Shown: positions 1-7,610 of the stretch, in pieces | How the letters are laid out: the number at the start of each line of letters is the position of its first letter | Numbering within the stretch: position 1 is the first letter of the stretch | DNA from: Psychrobacter sp. | Lineage (GTDB): Bacteria > Pseudomonadota > Gammaproteobacteria > Pseudomonadales > Moraxellaceae | Reading direction: 5' to 3' | Assembly (NCBI GenBank): GCA_036770925.1 | Contig: DAIPIF010000001.1 | Coordinates: 1-32,009, forward strand | DNA: 32,009 nucleotides | Program-made: the position numbers and the translations under genes | The notes under the pieces: generated by a model | Seen by the model: the letters and a program-made list of their open reading frames with translations, nothing else | Told to the model about the DNA's origin: nothing | Databases searched by the model: none

Positions 1-228
1 TCAAGTCGCCAAACACCCAGCAATTTTTTGCCATGATGTGTGTGTCATTGGTTGGTTAAAAAGTGAGCCATCGCTAAGCGTTAAGACGAAGAGTCAAAGT
101 GGCGCTATAAACGATAAATTATAGAAATAGCTGCGCTGTATTTTATCACATAACAGCGGCTAAGCTCCAGTCCTTTATTTAATCAGCTGCCGTGATAACA
201 AAGACGCCTAGCCTTGGGGTGGTTTTGA

Positions 229-696
229 TTACATCGAGTATTCTGTTTTGGCAATACAGATACCTATGACTGCCTTGTGATGCCGCCAAGTGAATGGGGT
301 GATGTAAGTATAGCGATTTTTGGGTAGATAAGAGACACTAGGCGCACCATAGACAATAGTAGGCGGTGAGATAATAAAATCGGCACCAAATTCAGTGCGC
401 GCATTACCGGCTATCGTATTTGCCATCTCCCCTATCAAATCTTTCATCATGGTCAATGATAAATCTGGTTCATTTAACGAGATAAGAATTTCACGCAACA
501 TCGTACTCGGCGCGCTGATATAAACGCAGCCCTCAAGCGGACCTGATACTTTAATAATACCGCTGTAATCGTAGCCAATCGCACTTTTATTATCGTGCAG
601 ATAAGGTGTATCCGTCTCAGCAGGGATATTATCAATTTGGGTAAAAAAAGCGCTAATTGAGCTTAAGAATACCCCTAATTTTTCTATTCTAACCAT
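229..696 (-). CDS. cheX: CheX-family chemotaxis phosphatase (paralogue 2)
   Basis: DYSGIIKVSG and GEMANTIAGNAR (ExxN catalytic motif of CheC/CheX/FliY), ISPPTIV. Start moved from 762 to the ATG at 696 (MVRIEKL) to avoid overlap with the upstream cheX and to match its length. Confidence 0.85.
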   Translation of the reverse strand: MVRIEKLGVFLSSISAFFTQIDNIPAETDTPYLHDNKSAIGYDYSGIIKVSGPLEGCVYISAPSTMLREILISLNEPDLSLTMMKDLIGEMANTIAGNARTEFGADFIISPPTIVYGAPSVSYLPKNRYTYITPFTWRHHKAVIGICIAKTEYSM

Positions 697-733
697 AATA
701 TATGTATGTCCATCGTTATCCTGTGTACGCCTA

Positions 734-1183
734 TCAATCTTGTAAGCAGACGATAATCTCACCCACTTGTGCGCGCCACGTCATAGGAATAATAAAAGAA
801 CGTCCCTCTTTAGGCAAAATAATACTTTGCGGTGAGCCTTTAAAAACAAAAGGTACAGAAATATGGAATCTTTTACCAAACTCTTTACGCGCATTACCCG
901 CGATAGTGTTGGCAATCTCACCCACTAAATCGATCAGATTATCGTCGCTTTTATCGCTCTCACCCATATCATCTAAGATAGAGGATAACAATTCACGAGT
1001 CCCTGAAAAGCAAACCACGCCTTTTTTTGCGCCTGATATCCCAATGACGCCTGTATAGTCATGGACATTCGGTTGCTTTTGTTCTAATAAATAGGGGGTA
1101 TCAATGACCAAAGCTTCCGTCGCAAACTGCTGAAAGTAGTGGGCAATAATATTTAAGAAGATTTGCAGGCTTTGCTCTTTCAT
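734..1183 (-). CDS. cheX: CheX-family chemotaxis phosphatase (paralogue 1)
   Basis: 149 aa; DYTGVIGISG, GEIANTIAGNAR (ExxN), ISVPFVF; typical CheX size. Confidence 0.88.
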   Translation of the reverse strand: MKEQSLQIFLNIIAHYFQQFATEALVIDTPYLLEQKQPNVHDYTGVIGISGAKKGVVCFSGTRELLSSILDDMGESDKSDDNLIDLVGEIANTIAGNARKEFGKRFHISVPFVFKGSPQSIILPKEGRSFIIPMTWRAQVGEIIVCLQD

Positions 1184-1241
1184 AATGTATTCTTTTATAA
1201 GTTGGGTTTAGTGTATCTCGGCATACTCAAACACCTGACTA

Positions 1242-1604
1242 TCAGTCTTGTACCAATTCATACAAAGACTCTACCAGCTCCTCTTCAGAAAACGGCTTAC
1301 ACAAAAAGCCATTAGCACCTAATGACAACGCCTCAATGCCCGTGGCTTTGTCCGAGAGTGCAGAGATGACTAATATACGTACTTCTGGATCAATCGCCAT
1401 GATACGTCTGATACATTCAAGCCCATCCATATGCGGCATGGTCAAATCCATGGTAATCACTGAGGGGCGATATATATTAAATTTATCAATCGCCTCCACG
1501 CCACTGGTAGCGGTCGCCACTAAAGCAAATAACCCTGAGTCGTGTGCGCGCTGAATACGATTACGAATAATATTTGAATCATCAACAATCATTAATTTAT
1601 GCAT
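1242..1604 (-). CDS. Single-domain CheY-like response regulator
   Basis: 120 aa receiver only: IVDDS, phospho-acceptor D53 (TMDLTMP), S81, K103 (CKPF); SD-like AAGGA upstream. Confidence 0.92.
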   Translation of the reverse strand: MHKLMIVDDSNIIRNRIQRAHDSGLFALVATATSGVEAIDKFNIYRPSVITMDLTMPHMDGLECIRRIMAIDPEVRILVISALSDKATGIEALSLGANGFLCKPFSEEELVESLYELVQD

Positions 1605-1624
1605 AACGGGTGTATCATCCTTAA

Positions 1625-3898
1625 TTAAGCAGTAGGTAAAGTGATGACAAAACGGGTCATTTTACCAAACTCACTATTAACATTGAGCTTGCCGCCATGT
1701 TCTTTAATTTGGTTTCTGATAACATCTAAACCCACACCGCGCCCGCCATCTTCATCGACATCAAATTTGGTAGAGAAGCCTGAAGCAAATAAGTATTTTA
1801 ATAACTGACTGCGATTAAGGGCAGCCGCTGCCTCACTTTTAAAACGTCCAGTGCTGACTAATTTGTCACGGATTTTATCAAAGTTAATCCCTTGACCGTC
1901 GTCTTGTATCACCATCAAAAACTTATCCGCATCTTGTTGAAGATGCAGATTAATCACGCCCACAGCAGGTTTACCGGCGGCTATACGGATGGTCGGCAGC
2001 TCGATGCCGTGTACCACCGCATTACGTAGTAGCTGAATACTCACCTCTTTTACCACTTTACTCAAATGCTCCGGAATCTCAACATCACCCAAACTATCAC
2101 TGAGTAATTCAACTTTTTTGCCTTGTCTGGTGGCGATTTGTTGGACAAAATCCCGATAATACAGCGCCTGATGGTTATCAGGGGTGTCATTGAGCTCAAT
2201 AAAATCACCCGCTTCGATATCGATATCATCGAGCGTGTGACCACTCAAGGCGGCGCTCGCCACCGCAGCGACTTCACTGACAGTAGTGGGCGCGGCAGTT
2301 TTATGCAGCGTCTCCTCAGGATGGCTGACGGCTACTGCTGGCGCTATAGCGGATTTTGGTCGTGCTGCCGCCGTTGGCTGAGTGCTAGACGGTGCGGCTT
2401 GATCAATACGGTCACCGAGCTTTTTAATGGTATTTGACAGGCTATATAAGTCATCTAAATAGACCGTTAAGGGTAAGAAATCACTACCGATGAGCTGGGG
2501 CTGCGCTTGTAAAGCACTCAGCTTATCCTCAGCATCGGTTGCAATCTTAGTAAAGCTATGCAGTTTTAGGGCAGAGGCTTCACCCTTTAGGCTGTGCATA
2601 TCTCGATAAATGGCATTGAGCTTGCGCTCAAGCTCCTGCTGTGAGCTACCCGGATTTTTTAGGGTGTCATTCATTTTTTCGATATAGGTTTTGGTGTTGC
2701 TGATGAACTCTTTTACAATTTTTGGATTCACATTTAAGATGGTGGTTAACATCTCAATTTGCATATCGTTTTGGCTACGCTCTCTCTCTAAGCGCTGCTC
2801 TAAATAGACGGCATCTGAGACGTCATTCACGTTGACCAAAATACGGGCAATCTCTTTGTCCTCATAAACCCGTGAAAACTTAAAATCTAAAAAGCGTCTG
2901 TCGGTACTCTCCTCACCTGAGAGATCATGCAGCATGATTTTATTCAACGGATTTAAAGACTCCACCAGTTTTTCTTTAACCCGCGGATTGTATAACTGTT
3001 CAATAAACTGCTTGGTGGTGCTCAAATCTTTTTCGGAGATACGCCCACGCAAAACACTGGCTAAGTTCTCGCCAGCCAAATCTTGAGTGCCCATGATAGT
3101 CGTTAAGGCTTGGGAATGCTGCTGACCAATCTTGAGGTCTTTATCGAGCAAAAACAGACCCGTACTGACCGTTTGCATAATCTCTTGAGTCTCACGGCGC
3201 GCGGCATCAGCTTCGGCATCCGTCTCACGTAAACGGCGCACAAAGAAGAATATAAACACTAAGAAATAAGCAAAAATAGCGGCAACCCCAAGTATCTGAA
3301 TCGCTCGAATGGTATTGGCTTGGCGTTCAGTGCCGGTAAATACCTCGTCAGTCAACTCATCTAACGAGTCGTTCATCAGCAAACTGGAGGTTTTGGCTTG
3401 CTCATAAGCCAGTGCCAACTCGTTTGAGGAATCCACTAAGATATCATCCGCACCGTCTAGATAGCTTTCAATCAGCGGTTTTAGTTTACTCCATTCTTGC
3501 TGTGCGCCATCGAGCGCCGCTCTTTCACTGACCGTGGTCAATTTAGGCACGTTTACGGTTTTATTATCGGCATTGAGGTAACTGAGCCCCTCACCCATGC
3601 CTATCAATAACTGGTCAACCGCTTGCGTATTGGACTGTAAGCGTTCTCTGACGCGCTTTTGGTGCGGCGAATTAAGGTGCTCACCGACACTACTTTCTAA
3701 GTCAAACAAATCCTTGATAATGGCTTGAGCATCGTTAGCCGTTTTATTAGATAAATTCACTAAGGTGGTGTTACGCTCAAGGATACTTGAGGTATAAAAC
3801 GTAAAAGCCAGTAAGGCACCAATCAATGCTAAGAAAACCACAATCGACAGAATCAAGCTGCGATAACGAGAGCCATCGTTCAGAGTTGAAGCAGCCAT
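1625..3898 (-). CDS. Membrane-bound CheA-like (class III-type) histidine kinase: TM-periplasmic sensor-TM-PAS-like-HPt-HATPase, no CheW domain
   Basis: Hydrophobic segments at ~aa15-35 and ~200-220; PAS-like GLFLLD...VNDVS; HPt MHSLKGEA (H435); CheA-type QLLRNAVVHGIE, IQDDGQGI, LFASGFST, GGRGVGLDV; the protein ends right after RFVITLP. Confidence 0.88.
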   Translation of the reverse strand: MAASTLNDGSRYRSLILSIVVFLALIGALLAFTFYTSSILERNTTLVNLSNKTANDAQAIIKDLFDLESSVGEHLNSPHQKRVRERLQSNTQAVDQLLIGMGEGLSYLNADNKTVNVPKLTTVSERAALDGAQQEWSKLKPLIESYLDGADDILVDSSNELALAYEQAKTSSLLMNDSLDELTDEVFTGTERQANTIRAIQILGVAAIFAYFLVFIFFFVRRLRETDAEADAARRETQEIMQTVSTGLFLLDKDLKIGQQHSQALTTIMGTQDLAGENLASVLRGRISEKDLSTTKQFIEQLYNPRVKEKLVESLNPLNKIMLHDLSGEESTDRRFLDFKFSRVYEDKEIARILVNVNDVSDAVYLEQRLERERSQNDMQIEMLTTILNVNPKIVKEFISNTKTYIEKMNDTLKNPGSSQQELERKLNAIYRDMHSLKGEASALKLHSFTKIATDAEDKLSALQAQPQLIGSDFLPLTVYLDDLYSLSNTIKKLGDRIDQAAPSSTQPTAAARPKSAIAPAVAVSHPEETLHKTAAPTTVSEVAAVASAALSGHTLDDIDIEAGDFIELNDTPDNHQALYYRDFVQQIATRQGKKVELLSDSLGDVEIPEHLSKVVKEVSIQLLRNAVVHGIELPTIRIAAGKPAVGVINLHLQQDADKFLMVIQDDGQGINFDKIRDKLVSTGRFKSEAAAALNRSQLLKYLFASGFSTKFDVDEDGGRGVGLDVIRNQIKEHGGKLNVNSEFGKMTRFVITLPTA

Positions 3899-3999
3899 AG
3901 CTAATTCCCTTTAATATACAGATATAATAGATAGATAAATTTAGACTGATTTTCCAGAATAATCCTTTAGGGTCATGCGATAAGAAGCACGATGATAAA

Positions 4000-4884
4000 C
4001 TAGGGGCGTGACGCCTCTAACGCTTGTTGCTGCTTCAATGCGGCTTGGGTCAAGTCTTCACCAAACCATTTTTTGGTCAAAGTGCCATAAGTGCCATCTG
4101 CTTTTAAGTTTTTTAGCCCCAGATTAATCTTGCTCTGTAATTCAGGCTGATTTTTGTCAAAATACATCACTTTACGCGCGTTATCAGTATCAAGCCCTTC
4201 GTAATTAAAATACTTAGGCTGCAAGGTTGGCAAGTCAGCGAGGGTATAACGCAGCACGCCTAAATCTCCTGCAACCGCATCTATTTTGCCTTGTGCCATT
4301 GCCTGTATCGCCATAAATAACGTGGGATAAGGCTCTACGGCTTTAACCGCAAAATTCCCTTGAGTAAAATAATCATACTGTACCGCTTCCCCTAAAACGC
4401 CGACACGGATATCACTCAGCCCATTAAGCGACTGAATATCTAAGGCACTATCTAGATAAACAATACTGGTCGGCAGTGGTAGATAGGAGTCTGAAACTAA
4501 GTATTTACTGGCACGCGCGCCACTATAAGAGGCACCTGCGGCAATCATATCGCGGCTGTTATTATCGATATTATCAAAGGCATCTTTCCAAAGGTCACTA
4601 TAAACCTCAACCTTAAACCCTTGATCTTCACCGATACGGCGTACCAGCTCAATATCAAAGCCTGCGACGTTACCATATTCATCTTTGAACCCATAAGGGG
4701 CGTAATTGGCATCGGCAGAGAGTCTGACGACTGGCGCTGATTCAGGTAGGGTACTGACAAAGCTGTCTTCTGTATTGGGGGTATTGGCACTCGCAGCAGC
4801 GGTGTCAGGCGGCGTGGCATTATTGCAGCCCAGTATGCCAACACTGACTATCATGGGTAATACTCGATATAACATCGTCATCAT
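4000..4884 (-). CDS. Polar amino-acid substrate-binding lipoprotein (SBP family 3)
   Basis: Lipobox ILG-C20; YAPYGF...GFDIEL; C-terminal LKADGTYGTLTKKWFG; SD AGAGG upstream. Confidence 0.88.
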   Translation of the reverse strand: MMTMLYRVLPMIVSVGILGCNNATPPDTAAASANTPNTEDSFVSTLPESAPVVRLSADANYAPYGFKDEYGNVAGFDIELVRRIGEDQGFKVEVYSDLWKDAFDNIDNNSRDMIAAGASYSGARASKYLVSDSYLPLPTSIVYLDSALDIQSLNGLSDIRVGVLGEAVQYDYFTQGNFAVKAVEPYPTLFMAIQAMAQGKIDAVAGDLGVLRYTLADLPTLQPKYFNYEGLDTDNARKVMYFDKNQPELQSKINLGLKNLKADGTYGTLTKKWFGEDLTQAALKQQQALEASRP

Positions 4885-5207
4885 CTATCCTCTACCATCA
4901 AAATAAATCGATATCCAGTCCATTGGGCGGTACTCATGAATGCGCAGGAGGCATCCGCTGAGCACGGAGGGCATCATTTATTATATTTTTATGACATAAT
5001 TTTACAGTGATATTACTGAAGTAGGCAGGTAAAGACAATGATTATATTAGGTTTTTTAAACATAGCAGTGGCTATCTATCAGCAGCAGCAATAAACATGG
5101 CGAGGTAGTCAACTAGTGCCCGCTCGTATACCCATAGGCTGAGCACCCTAGTAAGGATTGCTGATATTAAGGTGAGATATTAGGGTGCTAGCGTCCTTAG
5201 ATACCAG

Positions 5208-6467
5208 TTATTCTGCATCATCAAGATTAAGATTACTATCAATTTTCCAAATCAAAAAGCAGCCCAAACTCATCAAGGTAAACATCGCGATGCCAATCTT
5301 GAGCACAGGATTAACGGGAAATATATTGAGCAATAAGCCGCCAAAGATACCGACTGAAAACATCAATGAGCCTTGCAGGGCACTTGCCATACCGGCGCGC
5401 TGTTTTTGAAACGCCAACGCGATAGCAGAGGCGTTGGGCTGCGTCAGACCTAAGCCTGAAATACAAAAGAAAATACAGGCGAGTACCAGTGGTAACCAAG
5501 CATCACTGCCATAAATCAGACCCGTCAAAAATAAGGCACCAGAAGCTATCACCTGCATCATCGCCCCAAAACGTAACAGACTGAGAATCCGAAAGCGGTT
5601 GGTCAGCCATTGGTTGAGCTGAGTTAATGCGACAAATCCTGCCGCATTCATCCCAAATATCCAGCCAAAATGGGTGGCTGAGATACCATAAGTATCCATA
5701 ATCAGCTCTGAGGCGGCGCTGATATAGACGAACATCGCACCCATTAATAAACCGCCACCAATCGCTGGATAATTAAAGGTTGGATCTTTGAGCAAGTCCC
5801 AATATTGGCTCAAAACTTCTTTGGCAGGGCGTACATTACGGTTTTCTTCGGCTAAGGTTTCAAAGAAGAAAAATTTGGTTAATAATATATTGAGCACCCC
5901 AAACGCTGCCAAAAACCAAAAAATTGCATGCCACTCAAAAAAGCGTAAAAATAGCGCTCCAAGCGAGGGTGCTAATATCGGCGCTAAACCCATCACCAGT
6001 ATCATAATCGAAAAAGCTTTGGCGGTTTGTCTGGCGCTCAGGCGGTCACGAATAGCAGCACGAGTGACCACTGCACCCACACACGCGCCCAACGCTTGCA
6101 AGGTGCGCCCTGCAAATAGCACATATTCATTATTAGTCGTTGCACAAATGATTGAGGCGATGACATATAACGTCATACCAAAATATAGCGGTTTAACCCG
6201 ACCCACACGGTCACTTAAGGGTCCATAAAATAGCTGACCAAATACTAAACCGATAAAATACGCCGGTACTGAGTTGGCTATAAAAGCGGTTGAGACCCCA
6301 AAGCTATCCGCCATAGCGGGCATGGCAGGCAAATACATATCAATCGACAAAGGACCGACGGCTACAATCAATCCGAGCATCATAATCCAAGCAACAGGCA
6401 GCTCAGATGAGCGCACGCGCATTGAGGGATCAGGCTGATTGGAACGATTAGATTCTGGAGCAGACAT
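5208..6467 (-). CDS. Bcr/CflA-family MFS multidrug efflux transporter
   Basis: GPLSIDMYLPAMP, GPLSDRVGR (MFS motif A), about 12 hydrophobic segments, AGMASALQG. Confidence 0.92.
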   Translation of the reverse strand: MSAPESNRSNQPDPSMRVRSSELPVAWIMMLGLIVAVGPLSIDMYLPAMPAMADSFGVSTAFIANSVPAYFIGLVFGQLFYGPLSDRVGRVKPLYFGMTLYVIASIICATTNNEYVLFAGRTLQALGACVGAVVTRAAIRDRLSARQTAKAFSIMILVMGLAPILAPSLGALFLRFFEWHAIFWFLAAFGVLNILLTKFFFFETLAEENRNVRPAKEVLSQYWDLLKDPTFNYPAIGGGLLMGAMFVYISAASELIMDTYGISATHFGWIFGMNAAGFVALTQLNQWLTNRFRILSLLRFGAMMQVIASGALFLTGLIYGSDAWLPLVLACIFFCISGLGLTQPNASAIALAFQKQRAGMASALQGSLMFSVGIFGGLLLNIFPVNPVLKIGIAMFTLMSLGCFLIWKIDSNLNLDDAE

Positions 6468-6529
6468 AGCGCGGCCGTTTTATTATATTTAAGGGCTATT
6501 ATGGGCTGATAAGTGCTTTATCATCTGAT

Positions 6530-6571
6530 AAAAAAAGCAGCAGACCCTGCTATATTGCCCTGTCTGCTGCT
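6530..6571 (-). terminator. Rho-independent terminator downstream of the crotonase gene
   Basis: Minus strand: AGCAGCAGAC-N16-GTCTGCTGCT followed by a T run. Confidence 0.65.
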
Positions 6572-6640
6572 ATATTCAAGAGTACAGGCGTGTGGTTCAG
6601 GTTGTGCTTGCGTAAACTATCACGGTGAATGAGCTGAGTG

Positions 6641-7453
6641 TTAATTAAATTGCCGTTTGGCAAACTCAATGCCAGTATCTTTGGCTTTTTTGAGCGCAAG
6701 TTTGCGATTGCGTCCGAACATCAATTTTAATTGCCACATTTTTTCTTGATATAAGGTGCAACTCGATTGCTGATACATGGCATTGACGATGCGCTTACTT
6801 GCCAGCACCGCATCGGGTGAGCGTGCCGCCAGCTCGTGCGCTAAAGTTTGGGCATCGGCAAGCGCTGACTCACTACAATGGGTGACGAAACCCAACTCTT
6901 TGGCTTCTTTTCCATCAAGCACGCGCGCGCTCATTGCCAGCTCTTTGAGCACATCGGCACGTACCACGCCGAGCGCCGATTGGGTCAGCCCCATATCAGG
7001 CACTAAACCCCATTTCGCCTCCATCACTGACAGCTTGCAATCAGGATGACTGATGCGCACATCACACGCCAATGCCAACTGTAACCCTGCGCCAATACAA
7101 TGCCCCTCTAACACCGCAATCACTGGTATCGGCAGCTCACGCCACACCAGACAAACCCGCTGAAACAAACTTTGCCACGGCTTTATCAGCTCCCAAAAAG
7201 CATAGGCTTGGTTTTTGGGGTTATTTAAGTCGCCCAAATCAATACCGGCACAAAACGTGCCTGCCGCGCCATTTAGAATGACGGCACGTAAGCTTTTGTC
7301 TTTACTAATACGCGCAGCAAGCGCGATAAGCTCATTGACCATCATAAAGCTCATGGCGTTTTTTTTCTGTGGACGGTTTAAGGTCACCGTTAAGATATTT
7401 TGGGTGACACTGATTTGTAGGGTTTGATATTGATAAGTGGCAAGCGTATGCAT
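6641..7453 (-). CDS. Enoyl-CoA hydratase/isomerase (crotonase) family protein
   Basis: TLNRPQKKNAM, FCAGIDL, PVIAVLEGHCIGAGLQLALACDVR, EAKWGLVPDMG; SD AGGA. Confidence 0.93.
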   Translation of the reverse strand: MHTLATYQYQTLQISVTQNILTVTLNRPQKKNAMSFMMVNELIALAARISKDKSLRAVILNGAAGTFCAGIDLGDLNNPKNQAYAFWELIKPWQSLFQRVCLVWRELPIPVIAVLEGHCIGAGLQLALACDVRISHPDCKLSVMEAKWGLVPDMGLTQSALGVVRADVLKELAMSARVLDGKEAKELGFVTHCSESALADAQTLAHELAARSPDAVLASKRIVNAMYQQSSCTLYQEKMWQLKLMFGRNRKLALKKAKDTGIEFAKRQFN

Positions 7454-7610
7454 GGCAGTCCTTTGTAGTCGGTTATCGTCGTGATAATAGCGGATAGGTA
7501 AGTGTGGATAATAGAAATCAACACGCTATTGATACTAACAGGCTTATAAGTACCCTGCTCTTGCAATATTTGACCGCCAAGGTAACACTAATTCGTCCTC
7601 ATAATGCGCC

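Noticed and set aside
1..228. Possible start of a further minus-strand gene (ATG at 34, MAKNCWVFGDL) continuing the cluster
   Set aside because: Only 11 codons are visible, with no clear SD or recognisable motif; it needs flanking sequence.
697..762. Longer 177-aa version of the second CheX
   Set aside because: Overlaps the upstream cheX and adds residues with no counterpart in the paralogue.
4940..4980. CAGGAGGCATC / CGGAGGGCATC imperfect repeat as an Rsm/Csr-type sRNA
   Set aside because: Only two GGA units, with no clear promoter or terminator on that strand.
5142..5189. 9-bp inverted repeat AGCACCCTA...TAGGGTGCT as a MITE or terminator
   Set aside because: 30-nt loop, no T run, no target duplication and a single copy; at most a 3' stability hairpin.
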